DNA from: Thermoanaerobaculia bacterium
GTDB lineage: Bacteria; Acidobacteriota; Thermoanaerobaculia; UBA5066
Assembly: GCA_963821225.1 (NCBI GenBank)
Contig: CAWGCY010000006.1
Location: forward strand, 723,217-787,216
DNA: 64,000 nt
Direction of reading: 5' to 3'
Below the pieces are notes generated by a model. That model was not told where the DNA came from, did not search any database, and was given only the letters and a program-made list of their open reading frames with translations. Below are positions 17,346-27,700 of the stretch, in pieces. The position numbers and the translations under genes were made by a program. Numbering within the stretch: position 1 is the stretch's first letter; the number at the start of each line of letters is the position of its first letter.

Positions 17346-19962
17346 CGCGCAGCCGGTGCTGGAGCGAGGCGAGGAGCTGGAGCGCGGCGAGCGGGGTGAG
17401 GTGGTCGACGTCGACTCGCCCCAGCGCGTCGAGTACGAGCTCACCCTGGCCGCGAAAGAGGTCTAGCTGCGCATTCACGGGGGGCGCCTCGCCCGCGTGC
17501 TCGGCGAGGCGCGGCCGCCCGCCGACGTCCATCTGCTGGCGCTCGAGATTGCCGAGAATCTCGCGCGCCCGCCCGAGCACGCCTTCCGGGATGCCCGCCA
17601 GGCGCGCTACCTGCACGCCGTACGAGCGGTCGGCGGTGCCGTCCGCGACCTTGCGCAGGAAGACGACCTCGCCGTTCCACTCCTTCGCGGTCATCGTGCG
17701 GTTCTTCACGTCGGGCTTCACGAGCGCCATCTCCGTCAACTCGTGGTAATGCGTCGCGAAGAGCACGCGCCGGATCCCCTGATCGTGGAGATGCTCTGCT
17801 ATCGCCCACGCGAGCGAAAGTCCGTCGAACGTCGAGGTGCCGCGCCCGAGCTCGTCCAGGACGACGAGACTGTGCGCGGTCGCGTGTCTCAGGATGTGCG
17901 CCGTTTCGGCCATCTCCACGAGAAACGTCGATTCGCCCCTGACGAGCGAATCCGATGCGCCCACGCGCGTGAAGATGCGGTCCGTGAGGCCGATCGTGGC
18001 CGAGAGAGCGGGCACGAAGGAGCCGGCGTGCGCGAGGAGGACGAGAAGGGCGTTCTGCCGCAGGTAGGTCGACTTGCCGCCCATGTTCGGGCCCGTGAGG
18101 ACCACGAGATGCTCGCCCTCGCCTCCGAGCGCCGCGTCGTTCGGGACGAAGGGCTCGCGCGGGCGCAGCGCCTCGACGACGGGATGCCGGCCTCCCTCGA
18201 CGAGGAGCACGGGGTCGTCCACGACCCGTGGCCGCACCCAACCCCCGGCCCGCGCCGAGCGTGCGAGGGAGACGAGCGCGTCGAGAAGGCCGAGGCGCGA
18301 GCAGGCGCCGAGGATGCGGGACGAGTCGGCGACGACCTCCGCGACGAGCGCGAGAAACAGCTCCTGCTCGCGGGCCGCGAGCCTCGCATCGGCGGAGCGC
18401 AGCGCTTCATCCACCTCGACGAGCTCGGGCGTCGCGTAGCGCTCCACGTTCGCGAGCGTCTGCCGCTTGAGCGCCTCCCCGGGGATGCGCGCACGCGCCG
18501 AGGCCGGCACCTCGAAGACGTGACCGACGACCTGGTTGAACTTGACGCGGAGCGTCGGAACGCCGCGCCGGGCGCGCTCCTCCCCTTCGATGCGCGCGAG
18601 GATGGATGCGGACTCGCGGCGCAAGGCGCGGACCTCGTCCACGGCCGGATCCACGCCGTCGCGGAAGATCCCGCCATCCCGGACGTGAGCCGGCGGCTCG
18701 GACACGATCCGCCTCGCGATCGACTCGCCGAGCGCGAACGGCACTCCCTCGGCCGACGCTTCGCCCCCGGGCGCGAGGATAGACGCGCGCGCCGCGCCGA
18801 GATGCGCGCCGACGCGGCCCGCGCGCACGAGGCCGTCGCCGAGCGCCGCCAGGTCCCGCGGCGAGCCGGCTCCGACCGCGAGGCGCGCGAGCAGGCGCGG
18901 GAGATCGGGAATCTCGCGGAACGCCGAGGCGAGGCCTTCGAGGCGCGCCGCGTCCTCCAGGAGCTCCTCGACCCCGTCGAGCCGCGCTTCGATGCCGGCG
19001 CGTCGGCCGAGCGGCCTTTCGAGGAGCCGGCGGAGGGCACGCGCGCCGAAAGACGTGCCCGTGCGATCCAGCACCGAGAACAGAGTCCCCTTCGGGCCGC
19101 CGTCGCGCGCGGAGCGGAACAGCTCGAGGTGTCCCGCGGTCACGGCGTCGACGACGAGCCCGTCGTCAGGCGCCTCGGAGCGCAGCGAGCGCACGTGATC
19201 GCAGTCGGCCCGCTGCGTGGCCCGCGCGTACGACAGCAGCGCCGCCGCCGCGTCGGCGGCCGCGCCCGCTCCCGTCAGGCCGAACGGCTCGAGCGTCGCC
19301 GTGCGGAAATGCCGCTTCAGGAGGTCCACGGCCCCCGCCCCGCGCGGCGACTCGTCCCTGAGCGTCGTGAGCGAGGGTGCGTCGGAACCGGAGGCCGCGA
19401 GGGACGACGTAAGCGACTCGGCGGCGCTCCGGTCGGACGGGAAGACGACGAGCTCCCGGGGCATGCGGCGCAGAAGCCATTCCGCGAGGGCCGCCCGATC
19501 GGGCAGCTTCACGACCGCGAAATCGCCCGTGGACAGATCGAGCGTGGACACGGCCGCTCCGTCGCCGTTCCAGGTCACGGCCGCCATCTCGTTCGGTCGC
19601 CGCGCGTCGAGGCGCTCCGGGTCCACGATCGTGCCGGGCGTGACGATCCGGACGATCTTGCGCGCCACGAGGGTCCTGCCCTTCGCCGGTGCCTCCATCT
19701 GCTCGCTGATCGCCACCTTTCTCCCGGCCGCGACGAGCCGGGCGAGGTACGGTTCGAGCGCGTGCTGGGGGATGCCGCACATGGGGGCCTCGACGTCGCT
19801 GTCCTTGTGGCGGGCGGTCAGGACGAGGCCGAGGAGGGGCGCCGCGTAGGTCGCGTCCTCGAAGAACAACTCGTAGAAGTCGCCGAGGCGGTAGAGGAGG
19901 AGGGCGTCTCCCGCCTCCCGCTTGAGAGCCCAGTACTGCTCGAGCATGGGCGTCGCGCGCAT
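17335..19962 (-). CDS. mutS: DNA mismatch repair protein MutS
   Basis: 875 aa; N-terminal mismatch-binding region MLEQYWALKREAGDALLLYRLGDFYELFFEDA and Walker A motif GPNMGGKST. Confidence 0.92.
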   Translation of the reverse strand: MRATPMLEQYWALKREAGDALLLYRLGDFYELFFEDATYAAPLLGLVLTARHKDSDVEAPMCGIPQHALEPYLARLVAAGRKVAISEQMEAPAKGRTLVARKIVRIVTPGTIVDPERLDARRPNEMAAVTWNGDGAAVSTLDLSTGDFAVVKLPDRAALAEWLLRRMPRELVVFPSDRSAAESLTSSLAASGSDAPSLTTLRDESPRGAGAVDLLKRHFRTATLEPFGLTGAGAAADAAAALLSYARATQRADCDHVRSLRSEAPDDGLVVDAVTAGHLELFRSARDGGPKGTLFSVLDRTGTSFGARALRRLLERPLGRRAGIEARLDGVEELLEDAARLEGLASAFREIPDLPRLLARLAVGAGSPRDLAALGDGLVRAGRVGAHLGAARASILAPGGEASAEGVPFALGESIARRIVSEPPAHVRDGGIFRDGVDPAVDEVRALRRESASILARIEGEERARRGVPTLRVKFNQVVGHVFEVPASARARIPGEALKRQTLANVERYATPELVEVDEALRSADARLAAREQELFLALVAEVVADSSRILGACSRLGLLDALVSLARSARAGGWVRPRVVDDPVLLVEGGRHPVVEALRPREPFVPNDAALGGEGEHLVVLTGPNMGGKSTYLRQNALLVLLAHAGSFVPALSATIGLTDRIFTRVGASDSLVRGESTFLVEMAETAHILRHATAHSLVVLDELGRGTSTFDGLSLAWAIAEHLHDQGIRRVLFATHYHELTEMALVKPDVKNRTMTAKEWNGEVVFLRKVADGTADRSYGVQVARLAGIPEGVLGRAREILGNLERQQMDVGGRPRLAEHAGEAPPVNAQLDLFRGQGELVLDALGRVDVDHLTPLAALQLLASLQHRLRGEE

Positions 19963-20000
19963 GTGGAGGCCGGGATGCTAGCATCGCCGGGAGGCGGCGG

Positions 20001-20603
20001 ATGCTCATCCTTTCGCTCGACACGGCCTCGCCCTTCCCCTCTCTGGCAATCGGAGGCGATGACGGCCCCGAGACGATCCGGCCCCTTCCGCCGAACGCCA
20101 CCGAAGGCCTGCCGATCGCGCTCGAGACCCTCCTCGCCGACGCCGGCCAGACGGTCCGCGATCTCGGTCGGATCGCGGTGCTGTCCGGCCCGGGCTCTTT
20201 CACGGGACTGCGCGCCGGACTCGCGTTCGCGCGCGGGCTCGCGCGAGGGCGCGGCATTCCACTCGTCCTCGTGGCCACGTTCGCCGCCGCCGACGAGGCA
20301 CGGCCCGATCCCGTGGACGCCGTCTTCGTCCTCGACGCCGGCCGGGGCGAAGTCCACTCGGCCCCTCGCACCGGGGGCCGCGTCGCGGACGCGATGCCCC
20401 CGCGTCCGCGGCCCGAGGTCGAGGCCGCCGCCGCCGCCCAGGGGCACGCCGTCGTGGATCTCGGCGTGGAAAACCTGCCGCTCGCCGCCGCCGCGGGGCG
20501 AATCGCGGCGCGCGACGCGACCGGCTCGCGCACCCTCGTCTACGGAAGGCCGAGCGCCGCCGAGGAAAAGCGGGCTCGCCTGGAAGCATTGGGAAGCGGG
20601 TGA
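20001..20603 (+). CDS. tsaB: tRNA threonylcarbamoyladenosine biosynthesis protein TsaB
   Basis: MLILSLDTASPFPSLAI...LGRIAVLSGPGSFTGLRAGLAFARG. Confidence 0.8.
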   Translation: MLILSLDTASPFPSLAIGGDDGPETIRPLPPNATEGLPIALETLLADAGQTVRDLGRIAVLSGPGSFTGLRAGLAFARGLARGRGIPLVLVATFAAADEARPDPVDAVFVLDAGRGEVHSAPRTGGRVADAMPPRPRPEVEAAAAAQGHAVVDLGVENLPLAAAAGRIAARDATGSRTLVYGRPSAAEEKRARLEALGSG

Positions 20604-21106
20604 GCGCGCTCCCCGAGCCCCTGACGCTGCGGGATGCGCGCCATGGCGACCTCGACGGGATCGCCGAACTGGAACGCCTCTCCTTCCCCGTGCCCTGGAA
20701 ACGCGACTACTTCGAGGTGGAGATCGGGGCACCCTGGCGCTTCAACCGCGTGGCCCTCTGCGGCGGGACGCTCGCTGGCTACGTTTTCTGCGCTTTCGCG
20801 GGGGGGGAGGTTCACGTGAACAAGATCGCCGTCGCCCCCGCCTTTCGCCGCCAGGGCGTCGCCTCGGCGCTGATGGACGAAGTCTTCGCCTTCTCCTCAC
20901 GCGTCGACGCCGAGGAGATGTACCTCGAGGTTCGGGTCTCGAACCTGCGGGCCCAGGCGTTCTACGCGGGCCTCGGGTTCACCGAGACCGGGCGAAGGGC
21001 CCGCTATTACTTCGACGGAGAGGATGCTCTCGTCATGGTCCGGAAACTTTCGGGGCCGCGCCGCCTTGACGGCCCCCCGGCCATGAAGGGAGACTCCGGT
21101 CACTGA
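20600..21106 (+). CDS. rimI: ribosomal-protein-alanine N-acetyltransferase (GNAT)
   Basis: GNAT motif ...VNKIAVAPAFRRQGVASALM...; GTG overlaps the tsaB stop (GTGA). Conserved tsaB-rimI gene pair. Confidence 0.75.
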   Translation: MSALPEPLTLRDARHGDLDGIAELERLSFPVPWKRDYFEVEIGAPWRFNRVALCGGTLAGYVFCAFAGGEVHVNKIAVAPAFRRQGVASALMDEVFAFSSRVDAEEMYLEVRVSNLRAQAFYAGLGFTETGRRARYYFDGEDALVMVRKLSGPRRLDGPPAMKGDSGH

Positions 21107-21124
21107 CCGATTTCACCCGAGGAG

Positions 21125-21367
21125 GTGTCGATGCAGACCATCACGGACGAGGTCAAGCACGAGCTCGAGAGCCAGAACGAGGAATTTCGCTCTCTCCTGC
21201 GTGATCACCACGACCACGAGAAACGGCTCGCCGAGCTCGCCTCTAAGACTTTCCTCTCCACGGACGAAGAGATCGAGGAGAAGCGCCTGAAGAAACACAA
21301 ACTGCACCTGAAAGACCGGATGGAAGAGATCGTGCGCGAGCACCGCGCGCGCGTCTCGGCGCACTAG
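21125..21367 (+). CDS. DUF465 (YdcH-like) family protein
   Basis: 80 aa, ...HHDHEKRLAELASKTFLSTDEEIEEKRLKKHKLHLKDRMEEIV is the DUF465 pattern. Confidence 0.65.
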   Translation: MSMQTITDEVKHELESQNEEFRSLLRDHHDHEKRLAELASKTFLSTDEEIEEKRLKKHKLHLKDRMEEIVREHRARVSAH

Positions 21368-21373
21368 GCCCCC

Positions 21374-22126
21374 TTGACCGATTCGCCTTCGTCCGCCCCG
21401 CGGCGCGGGGTGCGCCGGGGGGTCTACGCGTTGCCCGCGCTCTTCACCGCGGGCAACATCCTCTGCGGATACCTTTCGCTCGACGCCGCCGCGCAGGGGG
21501 CTTTCGAGTACGCCGCGAAGCTCGTGTTTCTCGCGGCCATCCTGGACGGTCTGGACGGACGCGTGGCCCGATGGACGGGTACGACCTCCGCGTTCGGGGA
21601 ACAGCTCGACTCCCTCGCGGACGTCGTGAGCTTCGGGGTCGCGCCCGCTTTTCTGGTCTACACCTGGGGGCTCTCGGCCTTCGGCCGCGCGGGGCTCCTC
21701 GTCTCGTTCCTCTTCGTCGTCTGCGGAGCCTCGCGGCTCGCGCGCTTCAACGTGCAGGTCCACGTCGTGGACAAGCGCTGGTTCGTCGGGCTCCCGATCC
21801 CGTCGGCGGCGGGCGCGCTTTGCGGGCTCATCTGGGCCGTGCCGGCCCCCGCTCTCACGGACACCCTTCGGGCCGTCTTCCTCGGGGTCACGGCCGTCCT
21901 CGCCTTCCTCATGGTGTCGACCTTCCGGTACCGCTCCTTCAAGGATGTCGACGCCCGGTCCCGCCGCGGGCGGCTCTACTTCCTCCTCTTTGCGGCCGTC
22001 CTCGGCCTCATCTGGTGGCTCCGCGAGTACGCTCTCGCGGGACTGCTCGTGACGTACGCCGCCTCGGCGCCCCTTGTGCGACTCGCCGGATTCCTCCGCG
22101 GGCGCCCGAAGAGCGCTGCCGCGTGA
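21374..22126 (+). CDS. pssA: CDP-diacylglycerol--serine O-phosphatidyltransferase
   Basis: CDP-alcohol phosphatidyltransferase motif DGLDGRVARWTGTTSAFGEQLDSLADVVSFG; TM helices; TTG start. Confidence 0.8.
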   Translation: MTDSPSSAPRRGVRRGVYALPALFTAGNILCGYLSLDAAAQGAFEYAAKLVFLAAILDGLDGRVARWTGTTSAFGEQLDSLADVVSFGVAPAFLVYTWGLSAFGRAGLLVSFLFVVCGASRLARFNVQVHVVDKRWFVGLPIPSAAGALCGLIWAVPAPALTDTLRAVFLGVTAVLAFLMVSTFRYRSFKDVDARSRRGRLYFLLFAAVLGLIWWLREYALAGLLVTYAASAPLVRLAGFLRGRPKSAAA

Positions 22127-23121
22127 CGAAGGCGGCGCCCGGATCCGGCCTGGTCGTGGCCCTCGTGGAGCCCACGACTCTTCTCGGCCGCGACGTGCGC
22201 GCCGCCCTCACGGAGAGGAGGTTTCCGGCGTCGCGCGTGCACCTCTTTCACCAGGCCGCGGGCGATACGGGCCTGCTTGCAGCCGACGAAGACGAAGTCG
22301 CCTTCGTCGCCCCCCTGACGCCGGACGCTCTCGAGACGAGCCGGATCGCCTTCCTGTGCGGAAACGCCGCCGAGACGGCGCGCTTTCTCGCGACGAGAAG
22401 GGACGGCGCCCTCGCGATCGATCTCTCGGGGGTCCGCAGCGGCGAAGCGCTCGTCGTGCCGCAGGAGGGCGGAGGGTCCCGGGCGCTGCCGAAAGGAAAC
22501 CTGTTTCTCACACCGCATCCCGTCGCGTTCGTCGTCGCCGAAGCCGTCCGTCTCGTGGAGATGCACGCGCCCGTCACCGGCCTCACCGTCGCGGTCGACC
22601 GGCCCGCGAGCGAGCTGGGCAAGGCCGCACTCGACGAGCTCTTTCAGCAGGCCCTCGCCCTCGCGACCTTCCGCCCGCTGCCGAAGGAGGTTCTCGAGAC
22701 TCAGGGGGTCTTCAATTTCTGGGTGCCGCCCGACTCCGGCTCGTTCGAAAAGCGCGTCGCGGAGGATCTCGCTTCCCTCCTGGGGCGGGCGATCCCCACG
22801 GCGATTCTCTCGGCCCGCAGCGGCGTCTTTCACGGTCATTTCCTGCGCGTGGAGCTGCGCCTCGGCGCGGAAGCTCCCGAGGCGAACGCCCTTCTCGCGA
22901 GCTTCCGCGCGCAGAGGCACGCCTTCGACGTCGTCGACCCCGAGGATCTCTCCGGTCCTGTGGAATCGGCAGGGCGCGACGAGACGCTCCTCCTCAGGTG
23001 CGAGACGTCGGTCCGCGGCGTTCTGCTCACGCTTGCGGCCGACCACCTGAGGCGCGCTGGGGCGCTGCTCGCGGTGCGGCTCGCCGAGCAGGCCGCGTCG
23101 GAGCGCGGCTGGTTGAGCTAG
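22123..23121 (+). CDS. aspartate-semialdehyde dehydrogenase-family protein lacking the catalytic Cys (likely pseudoenzyme / USG-1-like)
   Basis: Aligns with Asd: LVVPQ ~ PLVVPEVN; TPHPVAF replaces NPNCSTI (Cys lost); RSGVFHGHFLRVEL ~ RVPVLRGHSESVTVEL (His retained). GTG overlaps the pssA stop (GTGA). Confidence 0.5.
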   Translation: MTKAAPGSGLVVALVEPTTLLGRDVRAALTERRFPASRVHLFHQAAGDTGLLAADEDEVAFVAPLTPDALETSRIAFLCGNAAETARFLATRRDGALAIDLSGVRSGEALVVPQEGGGSRALPKGNLFLTPHPVAFVVAEAVRLVEMHAPVTGLTVAVDRPASELGKAALDELFQQALALATFRPLPKEVLETQGVFNFWVPPDSGSFEKRVAEDLASLLGRAIPTAILSARSGVFHGHFLRVELRLGAEAPEANALLASFRAQRHAFDVVDPEDLSGPVESAGRDETLLLRCETSVRGVLLTLAADHLRRAGALLAVRLAEQAASERGWLS

Positions 23122-23175
23122 CACGCCGCGGGCTCCGCCCGCGACCGGCGAAGGGCGCGCTTGCGGCTGCGAACG

Positions 23176-23204
23176 ATGGGGGAAACACGGTCGTGTTTCC
23201 CCCC
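23176..23204. terminator. perfect 11-bp hairpin between convergent genes (possible bidirectional terminator)
   Basis: gggggaaacac-ggtc-gtgtttccccc. Confidence 0.45.
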
Positions 23205-23235
23205 GACCCCCTTCACCGCTCGAGAAAACACTGGT

Positions 23236-24792
23236 TCAGCGGCGGCGTCGGCGAAGCTTCGCCTTCGGCGCGGCCGCGGCCGGCGCCGGGCGCCTCACGG
23301 CCGCCTCGAACTCCGGCTCCTTGATCACCTTCCCGTCGGGCAGCGTGAGGTGCCAGCTCAGGAAGATGCGCGGATGCGCTCCGGCCACTCGGATCGGACC
23401 GGACTTGCTCCTTTCGCCGGGCGCGAAAAGGTTCTCGTAAAGCCGGGCGACGACCGCCCTGCTCGAGCTCGTCGGCTTGTACCCGTCGGCTTCGGACGTG
23501 AGCTGTTCGTACCGGTCGAAGTCGCCCGGCTTCACGAGTGCCACGGTGCCGCCCTCGACCCTGATCTGAATCCAGTTGTTGTAATGCGAGAGGTCGGTCG
23601 GCACCGGGCCCGCGTTCGTTGCGTGAACTGTGAATTCGGTGCTGCCCTGTCCGGACTCGCCCGGAAACACCTGGACCTCGAGCCGCGCTTCGAGCGGCTT
23701 GCCGGTCAAAAGAGCCCGCACCGCGGGGTAGCCCACGAGGTGGCCGTCTTTCGGCACGCCTTCCACGAGAAAGACCCGTCCCCGGAGGTTCGGGACGGAC
23801 CATCGCCCCGCGCGCGCCAGGAATCGCAGCCCCTCGGCGATCGTCAGAGACTGGAAGCGCGCGTAGCCTCCGTCCGCAGCGAGGGACGAGCCCCGCGTCC
23901 CCGCCCTCGGCTTGAAGATGTAGACCGTGCCGGGCTCGGAAGAGAACACTTGCCCGAAATCGAAGTCGAGGGCGTGATCCTTGGAGAACTCGTCGATCTT
24001 TCCATCCGGCAAGATGCGCCCGGCGAAGTTCGTCCCGTCCCCCGTGCGGCCGTATCCTCCGAAGGCGAGGAGCAGCCGGAACGCAAGCGGAAACGCGCGA
24101 GCGCTCTCTTCGGGCCATTCGCTCACGATCTGGCCTCCGAGCTCCGTCCGGTGTCCGAACGCCAGAACGAGCGCCTCGCTGGCCGCGCCGGCGAGCGGCT
24201 TCCACTTTTCCGGCTCCACCGAGGGCGGTAGCGTGACGGAGACCGGGACGCCGAGCGCTTTGCGGACCGCGGCCAGTCCCGCGCCGAGATCCTTCGCCAG
24301 CTCCGGCGACGGCCAGAGGTGGAAGTGAACGCCTTCCACGCGACCCCAGCTCCTCGCGTCCTCGAGGATGGGAGCGAGAGCGCGCGCCCACTCCGCGCCC
24401 ATCGCCTCCCCGCGGCCAGCGAGGCTTGCCGCCGCGCCTTCTTCCCCGAGAACGGTCAACACGAGCGGCCGCTTGAGCGGCGAGGGAGGGGGGGGCAAGC
24501 CCTTGATGGCGCCCGCGCGGGAGAGCGTCGCGGCTGGCACGTAGAGGCGCACGACCTGCATCGGCCCGAGCTCGGCGTCGACGTCGTCCGGCACGAACGC
24601 CGGCGCTTCAGCGAGAAAAATGGCGTCGCCGCGGGCGAGCGCCGGCGGCGCCTCCGTCACGGGCTCGGTTCGGGTCTTCCGGCACGAGGCCGGCGCGAGG
24701 AGGAGCGAGGCGACGAGGCTTCCGGCGAGAAACCGGACAGCCCTACGGCCCGCTGCGACCGCGCCGCGCCGGCAAGAAGCCGGGTGAGTCAC
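23236..24792 (-). CDS. hypothetical secreted/lipoprotein
   Basis: GTG start overlapping the kinase stop (GTGA). N-terminus [37 protein letters not shown] is signal-peptide/lipobox-like. No recognised domain. The ORF-track N-terminal 300 aa are Arg-rich read-through. Confidence 0.5.
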   Translation of the reverse strand: MTHPASCRRGAVAAGRRAVRFLAGSLVASLLLAPASCRKTRTEPVTEAPPALARGDAIFLAEAPAFVPDDVDAELGPMQVVRLYVPAATLSRAGAIKGLPPPPSPLKRPLVLTVLGEEGAAASLAGRGEAMGAEWARALAPILEDARSWGRVEGVHFHLWPSPELAKDLGAGLAAVRKALGVPVSVTLPPSVEPEKWKPLAGAASEALVLAFGHRTELGGQIVSEWPEESARAFPLAFRLLLAFGGYGRTGDGTNFAGRILPDGKIDEFSKDHALDFDFGQVFSSEPGTVYIFKPRAGTRGSSLAADGGYARFQSLTIAEGLRFLARAGRWSVPNLRGRVFLVEGVPKDGHLVGYPAVRALLTGKPLEARLEVQVFPGESGQGSTEFTVHATNAGPVPTDLSHYNNWIQIRVEGGTVALVKPGDFDRYEQLTSEADGYKPTSSSRAVVARLYENLFAPGERSKSGPIRVAGAHPRIFLSWHLTLPDGKVIKEPEFEAAVRRPAPAAAAPKAKLRRRRR

Positions 24793-27700
24793 GGTGGGGA
24801 TGATACCGCGGGCAGTGTGAACCCCACGACGAGCCCGCCGCCCGCGCGCGGGTGCGCAAAAACACTTCCCGCGTGGCGCTCGGCGGCCCGCCGCACGGCC
24901 GCCAAACCCATCCCCGAGCCGCGGGATTTCGTCGAGAACGCAGGCTCGAAGAGCCTTCCCGCGACATCTTCCGGCACGCCCGGACCGTCGTCGGCGCACG
25001 CAAAGCGCACGGCTGGCGCGCCGGCGGCGAGCGTCGCGTTCCCGGCCGAAAGCCGGACATGGCCGGGCGCGGCACCGATCGCCTCGATCGCGTTCACGAG
25101 GAAGTTCGTCAGCGCGTCTCGGACGAGAAAGGGATCCGCCGCGAACCGGTGCAGGTCCGGATCGGTCTCGGTCTCGATCGCGACCGATTCGTGCATCCGG
25201 AAGTCGGCGGCGACCTCCTCGAGGAGCAGAGCCACGGCAGCGCGATCGAGCACGCGCGGCGCCACCGTCGCGGGGTCGCCAAAACGCCCGAGCCGGCCGA
25301 TGCGGTCCGTCAGGATCCCGACCTGCCGGAGGATTCCCGCCGCGACGCTTCCGATCGCGCCGGGCGGCGGCGCCTCCCGCTTCAGCTCGAAGCGCCTCAG
25401 GCGCTCGGCCGCGAGCCGGATCGGCGTGAGCGGGTTCTTGATGTCGTGCGCGATGGAGCGGGCGGCATCGACCCACGCCGCGAGCCTGTCGGCCCGAAGG
25501 AAGTCCGTGAGGTCTTCGAGGAGCAGGATCACGCGGGGCGCGCGCTCTTCTCCCGGAAGCGTCACGATCGCCACGCGGAAGAAGCGCTCGCCCGCGGGAC
25601 CTGGAATGTTCACGCGCATCTCGTAGGGCGACGGCCGTACGGCCGCTTCCTCGAGAGCCGCGTGGAGCGGCGCCCACCGGGGATCGGCGAGCCGCTCGGG
25701 GAGCGTGCCTCCCGGCAGCAGGCGATCCGCCGCCGGATTCGCGAGAAGGACCGTTCCATCGCCCCGGCGGAACAGGAGGACGGCCGCCGTGAGGTTTCCG
25801 AGAAGGCCGACCGCGGAGGCACGCTCTTCGGCGAGAGATTCCGTTCGCTCCTCGACGCGAGCCGACATCTCGGTGAAGGCGTCGACGAGGCGCGCGAGAT
25901 CCACGTTGGCAGGCCGCACGAGCGGCGGCAGAGGAAGCCCCTCGCCGACGTTCGCCGTGGCCGCGATGAGCTCCTCGAGCGGCCCGCCCAACGTGAGCGC
26001 CGCCCGGCCGCCAAGGCCCACTGCGGCGAGCGCGACCGCCACGGAGAGCAGAAGCAGGGCGTCGGCCGCCGACCGTACCGCCTCGTCCTCGGCGACGACG
26101 ACCGCCAGGGCCTCGCGCCCGTCGGCCGATACGACCTCCGCCGCCTCCACGACCCGCGGCGCTCCGGCCGCGAGCGCGCCGCGCGACGCGAAGGCCGACG
26201 GCCGCCCTTCCGCGAGCTCCTGCGCGATGGGGGCAGCGAGCCTTTCGCGCGCGACTTCCGCCGCGACGGGCAGCGCGCGCGACGCAGCGACGAGCGTCCC
26301 GTCCCGATAGCGGAGGAGGTCCCAGCCGATGACGGCGGCCGCGCGATTCAGCGCGTTTTCCGGCGAAAGGGCCCCGCCCGTTTCGTCTCCCTCCAAGAGG
26401 CGCCTCCCCTCGGAAACGACGTCGCGCGAGCGCCGCGCCGTCTCCCGCGACGCGTGGCCTTCGAGCGCGATTCTCACGAAGACGACGCTCAGGGCGAGAG
26501 GAAGGGCGCCGAACACCAGCACGAGCGCGACCAGCCGGGCCCGAAACGTCGCGAAGAAGCGCCGCGGGAAACGGAGCGAGACCACCCGGCCCGGCGCGCC
26601 GGCAAAAAGAAGCGGAACGAGGACGATGAGCGCGGCCTCTCCCGAAGCCACGGCGGCCCCGGCCACCCCGAGGGGGGAATCAGCCGGGGCCGCGAATCCG
26701 ATGAAACCCGAGGCGACGGCCCGCACGTGCACGCGCCTCAGCCCGTCCGGAGTCGATATGGTCGCGAAGGCTTCCCCGGATCGGCGTGCGCGGTTCAGGA
26801 TCTTGTCGGGGATCTCGACGCCCTCGCCGCGGGATCCCGTCGCCCGTCCCGCGGCGTCCCATTCCAGCCGCTCGACGGCGACTCGGTCCGGCACGTCCCG
26901 CGAGGCCACGGCCGACAGCAGCGGATCCCGGTCGAGCTCGCGCGGCCAGGGCACGTGCCGGAACTCCGCCGGGAACGCGGCGGGAATCGCGGCCGGCGAG
27001 ACGAGGTCCGCGGTCCGGCGCCCGGGCCGGATCACGCCGAACGACGACACCGTGGCGCCGAGCGGGCTCCGGATCGTGAGCGTGTCGCCGAGCTCGGGAA
27101 AGCTCTCGTCGGCGCCCCGCGCCCAGAGCGCGCGGGCGAGGTCGTCCCGCTGCGTGCGCTCCCCCGCCGGCAGCCACGGCTCGAGGGATGCCGAGGCGAC
27201 CCGGCGCTCCCAGCGCCGCACGGAATTCGCCCGCACGTCGGCGCCGTCTTCCCGCGCGAGATCCTCGGCCCCCGCGATCGCCGCGTCCGCGTGGCGGAGG
27301 CGTCCATCGGCGAGCCCCGCCGCGAAGAGAAGCGTCGCTCCGGCGTAGAGAATCACCGCGGTGGCGGCGCGGGAAAGGAGGTCGGTCCGGGGTGACGGGC
27401 GGGCCCGGCCGGCGAGAGCGAACGTGAACGCGACGGACGCGAGGGTGAGACACGGAAGGTGAAGAGGCGATCCGGCGGAGGCGAAGGCGGCCGCGAGAGC
27501 GCCGAGCCCCAACGCGGCTGCCACGCGCCCGCTTCGCTTCGTCGCGCCAGGCTTCGGGAGAAGAGACGCGGACGCGAGCGCGGCGGTCGCGAGCGCCAGG
27601 AGACCGGTCTGCGCGAAAAAGTCCGACGGGCCGGGAGGGACGAGGCTCATCGTGTCGAAAAGGCCCGGCGCGACGAGGGCGGTGGCGCGGCCGAGGAGCC

